Of a stretch of DNA of 64,000 nucleotides, positions 13,501-26,683 are shown one piece after another. Every line of letters starts with the position of its first letter. Positions within the stretch are counted from its first letter, which is position 1. The translations under genes and the position numbers were made by a program. The notes under the pieces are model-generated. The model saw nothing but the letters and a program-made list of their open reading frames with translations. It did no database searches and was not told where the DNA came from. This DNA is from Phaeosaccion multiseriatum (taxonomy: Eukaryota; Protista; Ochrophyta, other classes): the NCBI GenBank assembly GCA_965112735.1, contig OZ218958.1:1116001-1180000 (forward strand), in the 5' to 3' direction.

Positions 13501-14711
13501 ACAACTGGGCGGTGGTGGAGGGGGGGGAGCATAGAAGGAAGAAAGGAGCTCAGAGACCGGGTCGACTCTTTTTCACGCAAGATGGAGCAAGAGAGAGGGT
13601 TGAACAGAGCAGCAGCGGATCTATCAGTCACACACCGGCAACAGCAGCAGGAGCAGCAGTTGGTGATACACACCAGAAGCAGCAAGGCAGACCGCCAGCA
13701 AGCAGCAGTGGTTCGTTCGAACGGCAGCACCAACAGAGCAGCAGCCATTAGTGGAACAGAGCACGCACACACACACGCACGCACACACCCACGCACACAG
13801 CACGCGAGAGGGTGCTAGGGGAATCTCCGAGATAGGGCTGCCTGAAATGCATTCTCATCATCCACATGTCACCAATGAACAAGGGAGGAGAGATTTTTTG
13901 TATTTCTGTGACCCTTGGGGAAGCAAGCGTGTGTGTCACCAAAAGGATGAATCTGCCCCTCTTGCTCCGTGCTCTCACTCACCACCACTCCTTCTCTGCG
14001 CGCTCACGCCCCCCCACTAGAGAATGACAACCCATCACTCGCTCTCGGGGGCGCAGTTTCAGTTTTGTATTCACTAACCACTGCACTTGCGCCACTCCTC
14101 TCTCTTTCCTGTTGCCTCCCCCACCCCCCTCTCGCCCCCCCCCCCCCCCCTCCCCCAACTGCCTGTTCCTTCTTCGGTCGGTCTCTTCTCGCTCGACCAT
14201 CGGCGCACGCACACGCGCACGTATGCACGCACGCACGCACGCACGCACGCACAGGGCCTCGAAAGCCGCCCCTGTCATCAGCAATGTGAGTTTTCAAGTC
14301 CCCCGGGGGGATTGAGTGGGTGCGTGTGCGTGTGTGTTTGAATTTGTGTGTGTGCGTGTGCGCGCGCGTATGTGTGTATGTGTGTATGTTGTGTATGTGT
14401 ATATGTGTGTATGTGTAGTCGCCATTCATCTTGCGTAGATCCTCTCCCTGTAGAGAGATTCTTCCCTCAGAGGATGCACCCATGTGCACCCATGCACCCT
14501 CTGCTTCTCCTCGGGCTTCTCGTTCTCTTACCTCCCTCCCTCCCTCCCTCCCTCCCTCCCTCCCTCCCTCCCTCCCTCCCTCCCTCCCTCCCTCCCTCCC
14601 TCCCTCCCTCCCTTCTCCATCATACCATAACCACAGAAGGATAGCAGCAGCACCGGCGGCGGTGGTGATGCAAGCGGGACCGGAGACCAAACACATCAGC
14701 AACAAGGCCAG

Positions 14712-14755
<44 letters not shown>

Positions 14756-14763
14756 GCCGCAGG

Positions 14764-14794
<31 letters not shown>

Positions 14795-17700
14795 GCAGCC
14801 GGCAGCCGCGCCAGTGACGGAGGAAGATGAAGACGCAGCCCTAGCGGCCCTTAACTCCAAGGCCAACACGTTTAAACGAGGCTTCGGAAACCTTAGCTGG
14901 ACCGCCGATGGAGGAGGAGGAGGCCCCCCTGGTGGCGGCAGGGGTATGGGTGGGCCACCCGGCCGGGGCTTTGGCATGCCCCCAGGGGGTGGGCGCGGCC
15001 ACTTCCCCGGCGGGCCCGGCATGGGCCCAGGGGGGCGAGGAATGGGGCGAGGAGGCGGAGATTTTGGCCACATGCCGGGAGGGGGAGGAGACCGCGGCGG
15101 GTATATGGGTCAAGGGGGTTTCCGTCGAATCCCCGGCGGCATCCCTCCGCCCAACTATGTGTGCAATCGGTGCTCCATCCCGGGGCACTATATTCAAGAC
15201 TGCCCCACCAATTCAGACCCCAATTTCGTGGTCAAGCGTCGCAAAGTAAAGACCATTCACGGCATTCCTCGCGACCAGCTCACGGCCTCCGGTGGAGCGG
15301 GCCCTGTGCCTGTGCCCCTTGGGCCTCCCCCGGGGGGGTTTGGTGGAGGCTCCGACGGCGGCGGCGGCGGCGGCGGCCACCCAGGGGGTGGTGGTGGTGG
15401 TGGCCCAGGCGGGCCTGGCGGTGGCCCAGGGGGGTACGGGACTGCCTTTGCTGTGACGGTTGCCATGGATGGGGGAGGTGGCCTGATGGACGATTCGGGC
15501 CAGAGGATCACAATATCTTCGAATACACAGGTAGAAAGAAGGAGGAGCAAGTCGTGGAGGGAGGATGGAAGTGGAGGAGGAGGAGAAGGGAGTGGGTTGT
15601 TATTTTTTGTCCAAAGGGATATATTCAGTCAGTCCGTTCCATCCGAAGGGCAATCACAGAGCAGAGAGCCTTCCCTTCCCTCCGAAATTCCCTTCCCCCC
15701 GAAATTCCCTGCCCCCCGAAAATGGCCGAGTACATCACACCCGATTTTTAGCAAAACGCTTAATTCTCTTCCACGTGGTCATAGGTTATTATTGTGTGCT
15801 TGCTGTGCTGTGCTGTGGTATCACCAACTGCTGTGCTGTCTGAGCTTGGGAGGCCTTTGACTTTGCCTTCCGGGGGTCGGGCGGGGGGGCGGCTGCACCC
15901 ACCCACTCATTCAATACTCACTCACTCACTCACTCACTCACTCACTCACTCACTCACTCACTCACTCACTCACTCACTCACTCACTCACTCACTCACTCA
16001 CTCACTCACTCACTCAATACTCACTCAATACTCACTCACTCACTCACTCACTCAATACTCACTCACTCACTCACTCACTCACTCACTCACTCACTCACTC
16101 ACTCACTCAATACTCACTCACTCACTCACTCACTCAATACTCACTCACTCACTCACTCCACTCACTCACTCCCTACCTACCTCACTCACTCACTCACTCA
16201 CCCACTCACTCACTCACTCACTCACTCACTGACTGACTGGTAGAGACGTCTATGAGTGAGTGAGTAAGTGAGGGAGTGAACCGTGGGGTGTCTGCGTACG
16301 CACGCACCCGCACCCATACCTGACTGACGCGTATGCACCCACGCCCGGCTAACCTGGCCGATTTTTCTATGTTCGTGTCGAGAGGGGAGAAGGGCGAGCC
16401 ATATCTATCTCTCTTCTTTCTCTCTCCCTCTCGCTGTCATCTATCTGCCTCTGTCTCCCTCTCGCTGTCATCTATCTGCCTCTGTCTCCCTCTCCTTCGC
16501 TCTCCGCTTCTTCTCGCTCTCTCTCTCTCTCTCTCTCTCAACCTACTCCATCCCCCTCCCTCCTCGGACGAGTCCTGACACCCCATACCAATTCACCCAC
16601 TCCAGGCTGCTTCTTACCGCTCCGCTCGATTTGCTTGTGCTGCTTTGTGTATGTGTGCCATTTGTGAGCAGGCTTGGCAGAGCAAGAACACGCGTGGAAG
16701 AGGAACAGGGCAAAAGATCGACCGAGTCAAGCTCTCTGCCACCGCCCCTGCCCATCTCAAATGGTGAGTGAGTGAGTGAGTGAGTGAGGGAGGGAGGGAG
16801 TGAGTCAGTGAGTGAGTGAGTCAGTGAGTGAGTGAGTGAGTGAGTGAGGAGTGAGTGAGTGAGTGAGGAGTGAGTGAGTGAGGAGTGCTTGACTTCGCTT
16901 GACTTACTTGTAAGGAGGCCTCTGGCATGACATTCTTGGAGCAAGAGTGATTTACTGCAAGAGGCAGGATGGGGAGGAAGAGAAAAAGCATCTGCTCCAG
17001 GGAAGGGACCACTCCACTGAAACTTACACTTTATTCCCGGCGTTTCTTCTCTCTCTCTTGTGTGTGTGCGCTTGTATGTCATGTGTAGCTCCTGTGGCCC
17101 CATGTGCAAAACAACGCATTTTATTTTTGTGTCAAGCAAAGCGTCTTTTTGTTGGAGAGTATTTCTCCTCCTCCTCCTCTTACATCATCTTAACCCTCTG
17201 GTTTGTATGTTTGTTTGTGCCGCCCCTCACCAATCATATCTGTCCCCCCCCCCCCCCTCCTCCTCCTCCTCCTCCTCCTCCTGCTCCTCCTCAGCCCGGT
17301 GTGCTCTCTCCTCCTAAACGAAGCGATCATCGCCCCGTGCTGCCACCAGAGCGCCTGCGACAAGTGTATGCACGATGCCCTCACCAGCAACAACTTCATA
17401 TGTCCAATGTGCAACCAGAAGGCAGACCCTGATAAGGTTAGAGACAGGGACAGATGCATGCAGAGAGAGGGGAGAGGAAAGGGGAGAGGAAAGGAGAGGG
17501 AGAAGGGGAAGGGCAGGGCGGGAGAGAGAGGGTGGGGGGGGGGGAGAAGAGCAAGGGAACGGGGCGGGGCAGTCTCAATTCATTTCCCTTTCATGTGCTT
17601 TCCTAACCCCCCCCCCCTCCCCCTTCCTTCCTTCCTTCCTTCCTTCCTTCCTTCTCTCTCTCTCCCCCACTCGGGTGGATCTGTTTGGGTATGCGCACAC

Positions 17701-20700
17701 AGGTGAACCCAAACGTCTCTATACGGCAGGCACGGGATGCATTTGTTGCAGACTCTACACAGACCAAGAGAAGCAAAGCCGAACAAGTCGCAGCGAAGGA
17801 GGAAGAGGAGAAGAAGAGAGAGCAGGACGCGAGGCTCGCGGAGGAGGACTTGGCTATGAAGGAGAAGGAAGCCGCCGCCGCTGCTGCAGGCGTTGGTGGT
17901 ACAGGAGGTCGCAGGACGGGAGGCACGAGGAGAACGGCACGCGGAGTGGATGCGGTGCTGGAGCTGGGGGGAGGAGGAGAGGGAGGAGGGAGGGGGGGAG
18001 GGGAAGACGACGAGGAGGAGGAGGAGGAGGAGGGGGAGGAGGACCTGTTCGGTGCGGGTATTTACGACACTGCTGCAGCTGGGGGCGGAGAAGGAGAAGA
18101 GGAGGAGGAGGAAGGAGGGGGAAAGGGAGGAGGTGGAGGGGAGGCCTTAGAGAAGGTCAAGCAGGAGGGAGGCGTCGCTGCGGCAGTTGGTGGTACAACG
18201 ACAGGAGGACCAGAGAGTGGGCACGGTGGAGTGGTGAAGAAGGAGGAGGAAGGGGGAACCTCCTGGGCAGGGCTGGACGAAGAACTAGCTGGTGGTGGTG
18301 GTGGTGGTGGTGGTGGGGGAGGAGGAGGAGGAGGAGGGGCTAACTTGGCAGCGGCAACAGCAGCAGCACTCGGTAGGGGCGGAGCAGTAGGGGCGGGTTT
18401 GTCTCTGCCTCTACCACCACCACCCCCCCCCCCCTTCCTCCCTCCACACATGCACAACGGCAGTGAGGCGGCCAACCAGCAACAACAGCAGCAGCAGCAG
18501 GAAGGAGGAGGAAAGGCGGGGGGTAAACGGAACAAAAGGAATAAGAAGCAACAGCGGCAGTTGGGTGGTGGTGGTGGAAGCTTAGGAGGGGGTATGGGTC
18601 CCCGGGGGGGGGCTCCTCCTCCTCTGCAGGGGGGTATGCCTCCACACGGCATGCCTCCCCCCGGAGGTTGGGGTCCCGGGGGCCCCATCATGGCCCCCCC
18701 CCCCGGAGACTTTCTGGGTGGACCACCGCCCCCCTGGATGCAGCAGATGGGCATGGGGGGGGGCAGAGGAGGAGGAGGAGGAGGAGGAGGAGGAGGAGGC
18801 GGAGGGGGGCCGAATGGGTCGTCGCCCCCACCGGGCATGAGAGGGATGATGCCCCCCGGGGGAATTATGCCACCCAACATGCGACTACCCCCCCCGGGGG
18901 GGGCGTGGTTTGGAGGGGATGGTCCTCTAAGGCCTTTCGACGGGCCTCATGGTGGAGGGGGGGGAGAAGGGGGAGGAGGGGGGCCACCGCGAGGGCAACA
19001 GAATGGAGGAGCCCCACCGGGGGACAGGGGAGGAGGGATGGGAAGGGGTCGCGGAGGAGGAGGAGGAGGAGGAGGAGGAGGGGGGGGCAGGGGAGAAAGG
19101 CCTGGAGGGTATTGGGATGGGCCTCCTCCCCCTTCCCGGGGTCCTGGGGATGTGCGAGAGGGAGGGTTTCCGCCACGGGATGACAGGGGAGAGAGGAGAG
19201 GGCTCGGAGGGGGACCGCCCCATGGATGGGACGACAGAAGAGATGGAAGGTACGCAGAAAGCGAATCCCGTGACATGCGTGGCGGTGGCATGGGGGCGGA
19301 CCGAAGGAGAGGGGATGACAGTCGAGATCGACCGCCGGGAGACCGAAGAGAGGGAGGAGGAGGAGGAGGAGGAGGAGGAGGAGGAGAGCGGCGAGACGAC
19401 TCCTTTGCGAGAGGGAGGAGAGGAGATGAGAGGTCGGGCTTCAGAGAGTCGCGGAGAGGGGACGATGGGGAGCGAGGTTCGCAGCCTTCGAGGGAAGCGT
19501 CCAGGGAGAGAGGGCGATTCGATGAGAGAGGCGGGGAGCGGGCGCGTGGAGGAGGGAGGGGAGGCGGGAGAGGAGAAGGAGGAGGAGGGGGAGGAGGAGG
19601 AGAAGGAGGGGGAAGAAGAGGAGGTGAAGGGTTTGGAGGTGGTGAAGGATTTGTTTCGAGTCGAGGAGGGGAGGGAGGAGGAGGAGGAGGAGGGAGGAGG
19701 AGGGAGAGGGGGGCGCGGGACGAGGGGGGCCCTCCTTCTGCTCCTTCAGGAGGGGGATACAGGGGACAAGGAGGAGGGAGTCTTGGTAGCCGAGAGGGAG
19801 GAGGAGATCAATATCGAAGCCAAAGTCGAGATCAAAGTCGAGATCGTCGAGATTATCATCGGGAGGATGGACTTCCTTCTTCGGGCTCTCCCGGACGAGA
19901 AGGAGGAGGAGGGCACAGACGAGGAAGGAGCGATCGAAGCGGCACTGGGCACGATCGCAATGTTGTCGTGCGCGGACGGGAAGAGAGCCAACAACAACAC
20001 CAACACCAACATGGCGGCGCTGGGAATGTTCCTGGGAACGTTCCTCGTCCTCGGTCGGGCAGAAGAGGGGGAGACGAGGGAGGGTCTCGTCGCGTTGACG
20101 ATGGGGGTGAGTACCACCTTCAGCAGCAGCAGCAGCAGCAACAGCAGTGGGGGCCCGGAAACCCACGGCATCCACCTCGGGAGTGGGAGCGGGAGGAGGA
20201 CGGGAGGGGAGGTGCCGGAGGAGGAGAAGGAGGAGGAGGTAGAGAGGACGGCGGGCGAAGTAGCAGGCATCATCGGAAAGGGGACAGCAGTGCGAGTACT
20301 AGTCGCAGCAGTCGCAGGAGGGAGCGAGAGGAGGAGCCGCCGGGAGGAGAAGAAGAAGAACAACAACAACGAGAAGGAGGAGGGAGGAGAAGGGACGGCA
20401 GTAGAGAAGACGCGAGGGAAGGCCACCACCGCCACTCGCGCCGTCGCGCAGACAGGGCGGCGGATGAGGAGGCTGTGGGTGTGCCTATGGAGGTTGACGA
20501 AGACGGCGACACAGGCGGGGGAAGGGGTAGAGGGCAGGGGGGCAGGGGGAGGGGGAGAGGAGGCCGACGTCATGGAGATGACGATGACCGTTGGGGAGAC
20601 CCCCCACCCGCTTCCTCTGTTGCTGCTCAAGGGCAAGGGCAAGGGCAAGGGCAAGGACAAGAGCAAGAGCAAGGTCGCGACGAGGATGAGAGGAGAAGTG

Positions 20701-20866
20701 GGCGGAGGACAAGGAGCCGGGATGGGGGCCGTCGACGCGGCGAGGAGCGAGTCGAGCCACAGGACAACCAAAGCGATCATCACAATCATCGTGATAATAA
20801 TCATGGTGAAGATCATCATCATCGTCATCGTAGGGGTGAGGGTAGGGACACCACCGACGACCGACA

Positions 20867-20903
<37 letters not shown>

Positions 20904-21887
20904 GGAGAGCAGCGGTACGAGGGGCCTGACCTGCCTCCTTCATTCTCCAAGACGAAGGAGAGCAAGAGAGGGTCTGGGGCCGACGGCAGCAGCAGCAGTC
21001 GAGCGAGGAGGGAAGAGAAGAAGCGAAAGCGTCGAGAAGCCGAAGACGGGGATGGAGGAGGAGGAGGAGGAGGTGGTGGTAGTGAGCCGGCGGAAGGAGG
21101 AGGAGGAGGAAGAAGCAGTGGCAAGCATCGGCGCAGGAGCGGCGAGGCGAGAGGAGGAGACGAGTATAGAAACAAACCTTTGGAGGAGGGGGGCGGGGGC
21201 GAGGGGGAGAGGGGCAGGAGCAGTAACAATGTGAACGGTCACAGCAGCCACTTGGAAGAAAGAGGGCAGGCGGCAAGTGGTGGCGGTGGTGGAATGTACA
21301 GTGATCGTCTAGGAGGGGGAGTTGGGGGCAAGTTGTCTTCGGATGCCAAAAGCAGGCTGGGGCCACGCCAAACCCCATTGGCGGCTGCAGCGGCGGCTTC
21401 AGCAGCAAGTGCACTGGCAGCCTCGAAGGACAGAGAGAGAAGGACCTCCATAGGAGGAGGAGGAGGAGGAGGAGGAGGAGGAGGAGGGAGTGGCGGTGGG
21501 GGTGGTGGGGGTAGTCTTAGCCACAGTCACAAGAGGCAGAAGAAGGCTTCGTCGAGCAGTAGCGGTGGTGGTGGTGGTGGAGGAGGAGGAGGAGGAGGTG
21601 GTGGTGGTGCGAGGTTGTCGTCAACTGTGGCGCCGGTGATTGAGAGGGGGGAGGACGGAGGAGGAGGAAGAGGAGAAGGAGAAGAGAGAAGCGACTTCTA
21701 TACTCGACGGGCCAAGAGCGGAAAGCAGAGGCCGCTCCCGTCGGACGCTGGAGCAGGTCCACTCCCTCCTCCTCCTTCTGTGCAGTCCTCATCCTCCTCT
21801 AGTCGGAGTGTATCGAAGAAGGAGTCGAACAGCAGGAGCAGTCGCAAGAGTGGCGGGTCGGGCAGCAGCAGCAGGAAGAGGAGATAG
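10554..21887 (+). CDS. RBBP6: RBBP6/Mpe1 cleavage-polyadenylation factor and E3 ligase; exons 10554-10734, 11161-11287, ~14645-15530, 16672-16763, 17295-17436, 17703-21887
   Basis: N-terminal DWNN domain ([12 protein letters not shown]...LFDLKKAI...[13 protein letters not shown]), zinc knuckle ([23 protein letters not shown]), RING (CPVC...[12 protein letters not shown]...CPMC) and a long G/R/D-rich tail. The exon 3 acceptor is ambiguous: in-frame AGs lie at 14644/14647/14650, and an intervening exon cannot be excluded. Confidence 0.9.
15900..16235. repeat. (CACT)n intronic microsatellite
   Basis: Directly visible; a complementary (GTGA)n tract follows the next exon at 16764-16885. Confidence 0.95.
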
Positions 21888-22530
21888 AGATGGATGGATG
21901 GATGGATGGATGGATGGATGGATGGATAGATAGCTGGACAGGGAGTGCGACTACATTGGGTGGTACGTTGGGGTGGATCGGGGATTTTGGTTGCACTACT
22001 TATACTTCGTAGTATTAGTTTATTATCAAAAAAGAAAAAGTAGTAGAGACGCTCCTTCTGCAGGCCAAGGCTCAGCCGCGCAGCAGGGCAGCACTTTCGT
22101 TTATTCAGCAGTGGCACTCTTTGCCTCTTATTTCCTCATTTGGGTCAGCAGGAAGGGCCCCCACCCACCACCCAATAGGAGGGGGTTCAGGGGAGTGAGG
22201 GGCCACGGAAAGTCGGCGAGGGAAGGGGACCGCGAGGGGAGGGAATGGGAGAACAGGGAGTAATAACACACACGAGTATGTGAGGAGTAGACCGATACCG
22301 CTCCTATAGCTCTAGCTTTATCACTCTCCTCTCCCATATGACTGAAGTACATACTTCTGTTACAGAGAGGGGAGGGAGAAGGGGGGGAGGAGGGAAGGAG
22401 GGGGAGAACAGGGTTAGGAGTGTTTTTTTTGGGTGGAGAATAAAAGTAAAGGAGAAAAAACGTGGCGGGGGGGGGGGAAAGAGACTCCCTCTTCTTCTCA
22501 TCCACAGCCGCTCATAGGACAAAGCAGAGG

Positions 22531-23512
22531 ATGTACTTTGCGGAGGGAAGGCAAAAGTCATGGGCAGTGATGCACAGGCGGACTCGTGCACCGCCGAGCT
22601 TCGGAGGAGGAAGGGGAGGAGGAGGCGGGGGAGAACAGAGGAGTAGGGAGGGGAGAGTAGAGAGGGGACGGGGAGGGAGCGGAAGCGAGGATGACGAGGA
22701 CGACGCCGTCATGAAATTAATCGATAAATACGGCGACCACTTCTCCGGCGTGGGCTTCGGCGGGCTCATGGGCTTCACCTCCGGGTAAGTGTAAGGTTTT
22801 AGTTGCTTTTTCACAGCGGGCGGGAGCTTCTCCGAGAGTGAGGAGATCTGTCCTCTGATGTGTCTTCCTTACCCGCATAAGCTGATGTAAGCTTGCTCAC
22901 TAGTGAGTGGTGTTTTGTACCCTCCTCTCTCGCCTGCTGCCCCCCCCCCAGCTATGCGGCAAAAAAGATCGGCAAGGTCGCGGCTTTTGTTCTCGGGGCG
23001 TCCTTCCTCGTTGTGCAGGGCCTCACATACACGGGACGCATCAAAGGCTTGAAGGTTGGTTGGTGCTGTGTGCTGTTATTTTATGTTCTTCGCCCCTTCC
23101 TCCTCCTTTTCTTAATTAAACTCTCCGTGTGTTTGTTTGTTGTGTGCGTGTATCATCTGCGTGTGTGTCTTGGCATGGTTTCGCGTGTGTGTAAATACCC
23201 TTGGCAGTGGAGCTCTGTCGAGAAGGAGGCGACCAAGGCGCTGGACCTGAACAAAGACGGGAAGCTTGACAAGGAAGATATCAAGGCTCTGTGGAGGAAG
23301 ACAAAGGGCGCCCTCACTAAGGTCAGTCCAGCCAAGTCCAGTCCAGCAGAGCAGAGGCGTATGGGCAGGGCAGAGCAGAGGTATATAGGCAAAGCATAGC
23401 CTCACCCTCTCTTCCCTTTCCATCCCCCCCCCCCCCCAACCGCACCGACCAGAACCTTCCGTCCAGCGGAGGCTTTGCCAGCGGCTTCGCATTGGGATTC
23501 TACAGCGGCTGA
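22531..23512 (+). CDS. FUN14: FUN14-domain mitochondrial outer-membrane protein; exons 22531(or 22570)-22784, 22952-23054, 23208-23321, 23453-23512
   Basis: GFGGLMGFTSGYAAKKIGKVAAFVLGASFLVVQGLTYTG...W...LDLNKDGKLDKED...NLPSSGGFASGFALG matches the FUN14 family pattern, with an EF-hand-like loop. Confidence 0.85.
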
Positions 23513-23611
23513 GGCCTCCTGAGGCCTCCTCCTCCGTTGGCGTTATTGGGACACCCCCAACAACGCACATCACCAGTATGGGAGGAGGGCGGCACCACTG
23601 CGGGCAGCATC

Positions 23612-23717
23612 GTAGATGGCGGGAGATGGCAGTCGATGGCAGTACATGGCGGTAGATGGCAGTAGATGGCAGTACATGGCAGTAGAGGTGGATAGGACTG
23701 GATGGTAGTAGATGGCA
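23612..23717. repeat. 10-bp minisatellite (GTAGATGGCA-like) downstream of FUN14
   Basis: About 8 imperfect tandem copies visible. Confidence 0.8.
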
Positions 23718-24246
23718 GCTCGTGAACAGTGGATAGGAAGGAAGGAGGTTGGGGTGGAGTGGAGTGGAGCTACGCTTGGGGACTTGTACATACATTGTTT
23801 GGGGGCAGGGGCAGGAGGGGCAGGAGGGGCCGGACAGTGGAGTAAAGAGAGGTCAGCGAGAAAGGGGAAGGGGGAAGGAGGGGGGAAGGGGGGGAGCGAA
23901 GGTCGAGAGACCGAAGAGAGCCCGGGGCAGGGGTCAATTCGAGAGGTACCGGACCAGGTGTGGTGAGGAGCAAGGGGCGCTCACAACTTCACGCGCCCCA
24001 GGCTCGCAAGCAAGGCGACCACTCTGACCGTGTTGGTGCACTCTGACCAGTTGTGACACAGTATTAACATTTGCTGTACTATATACCACTTTCATTTTGA
24101 AGTGTTTATGATTTTAAAATTAACAGTCGATTTTGAACAAAAGAGCACGAGGAGAGTAGAGGCGAGACAGTTTTCTCTCTTTTCTCTCACCTCCCATGGA
24201 CCTCCCATGGATGGTCGTGGATGGTGAGCATACATACCCTCCACCG

Positions 24247-24924
24247 CTACCGCGAGGGCGAGTACTGCTGCTGGCGCATCCTCGTCGGCCCATCCATGGC
24301 CATCTCCCTCTCCTTCTCCCTCTGTGCCTGCAGAACCCGCTGCTGCTTGGCTTGCGCCGCCCTCACAGACTCGCGAATCGATTTCTTCTCCAGCGTGGTT
24401 CGAGCCAAGTTCCGAGAGAGGAAATGGAAGCTATCCTTCCTCTCCTGCTGCTGCCGCTGCTGCCACTGCCGCCGCCGCTGCTGTATCACCAACTGTCGAT
24501 GATTCTGCGGCTGCTGCCCCTGCCCTACTCCGTCGTCGTGACCCTCAGCATCACCACCGCCATGACGCGGTCTGAAACGCTCTCCCTCGAGATCGCTGGC
24601 GCTGTCTCGCCCATCCCTGCTGGCGGAGTCGTCATTGTAGTTGCCAGTGCCAGTGCCGTGGTCACCTCCCTCCCCCCTCCCCTCTACCTCCCCTCGTAGA
24701 CCGAGTCCGTTGTTGTCATCTGTGATATCCTGCGATTGCTTGCTGCTTTCGATGATGTCAGTCAGCACTCTTAGGTATTCCTGCCAAGGGAGGGAGGTGG
24801 TGGTGGAGGTGGTGGTGGTGGAGGTGGTGGTGGAGGGGGGGGGGGCGAGAGGGGTGAGACTCATGTGTACAATATGTAAATTCGCGTACCTGACAGGAGC
24901 TGCAGGGGGTGACCAGCGCCTGAG

Positions 24925-24982
<58 letters not shown>

Positions 24983-25568
24983 TCCCTCCCTCCCTCCCTC
25001 CCTCCCTCCCTCCCTCCCTCCCTCCCCGCCCTTTCCCCACTCACGTCTTTGGGTATTCTGGCGATGTGGCTATCATTGCTCTCTATCCACAGCGACACCA
25101 GCGCCAACGCGAGGACCCCAACCAACGCAACTCCAAACAAATGATGCCGAACCATAAGCTCTAGAGCCTTAATGTGGTTGACAAGTTCGAAGCCAAGAGC
25201 AATGCCTACTATACCGCTGACCCAGCTTGCTACCAATTGATGGACGAAACGACTGCAGGCGTAGACTCTGAGGGGGAGGAGGGGGGGAGGGAGAGAGGGA
25301 GGGAGGGGTGGAGGGTGAGAGGGAGGGAGAGTGAGGGAGAGAGGGAGGGAGAAAGAGACAGGGAGAGGAAGAGGGCGAGGGAGAGAGATCCATACATCAA
25401 TAGAGAGAGGCGGAACCAGAGAACATCCGAAGGCGGGCTGTGTGTGATGCGTGGGGGCACGGCGAGGGCTTGACATGGTAGCAAATACTTCGAAGTACAA
25501 CCTATTCTCGACACACGCTCTCTGCCTCTGGACGGGAAAGACCAGACCAGACCGGACTCAGCAGCCAC

Positions 25569-25642
<74 letters not shown>

Positions 25643-26478
25643 CCCGACCAACCTGGTGAACGATATGAAGGCCACCATGCCGATGGCGATGGTCCATAGG
25701 GCCGGGTGGCACACCTCCACAGCAAGAAGGCCCCACACCACCACCCCCATATGAGTCTCCAGAGAGGGATAACCATGGGAAGAGGGGTGGCGATCGGCGA
25801 GGGGGCGGAGCTTGGAATCGTACATAAATGGCCGGGGGGCTGCGAGAAAGACGCGGAGCACACTCGCTACTACGAGGTTGGCCACCACGGGCCAGAAGTA
25901 GTGGAAGCCTAATAGCAGGGGAGGAACGGAAGGACGGAGGAAGCGGGGGGCGAGGAAGGAAGGAAGGGGGGGAGGGACCAGTAAGCGACGGCAGTAGCAG
26001 CAGCCGCGAAGTGCCCTCACTTGCTCCGCGGGACCAGCTCCCAACTGCTTACGATGACACGCTACTCACCCAGCTCATGGCAGCCGATAAGGGCAGCGAA
26101 CCACGTGACCAGGCTAATGTCCTTAAAGGGGTTGCGGCTCACGACCTTGTCGAGGAGATAGCTCGCTCGGTAGCCAAAGACTCGCGTATTGTAGATGGAC
26201 ATGTGGGTAGCCCAGAGGAGGCGCAAGTCCGCGGCAATGAGCTCCTGCCAGAAGTCGCTGAGGGGCCGCTCTTGGTTGTGGCTCCTCCTCCGAATATTAC
26301 CGCCACCAGCTCTTCCTCTGCTGCTGCTGATGTTGCTCCCTCCCTGCTGCTGCGCGTGTGCGCTGCCGGTGCTACTGCCGCTTAGCCCACTTCCCCCAAA
26401 GGGGGCCCCTTTCCCTCTCTGTCTACTGCTCCTGGACGGGCTCAAATCCTCAGAAGCGACGCGATACCTGGACGACAT
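24247..26478 (-). CDS. PAP2 (type 2 phosphatidic acid phosphatase) superfamily membrane protein with degenerate catalytic motifs; exons 26478-26070, 25908-25653, 25267-25045, 24780-24247
   Basis: The spacing RVFLAAPRP...GYPSLET...FTRVYACSRFVHQ corresponds to PAP2 motifs KxxxxxxRP, PSGH and SRxxxxxHxxxD. Several hydrophobic helices; splicing is phase consistent. Confidence 0.7.
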
Positions 26479-26683
26479 TCTTCCTCACTCAGAGGGAGAA
26501 GACACTGTCGGTCTTCCTCACAGTACAGGCGCACAAGCATGCAAGATACCCGAAGAGCGGAGAGCAGGATCAACGGCCAGTTTCAGGTTTCAGTTTTGGA
26601 CGTTTCAAATTTCGTTGACTTGGTGTTTCTTTTTCTTACACACACCGAAGCTCATCACACGCCTTTGGGAGTGCTCCCGTACC

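Noticed and set aside
18949-21234. 761-aa alternative-frame ORF overlapping the last RBBP6 exon
   Set aside because: Expected from stop-poor GGA/GAG-rich sequence; no domain and no independent evidence.
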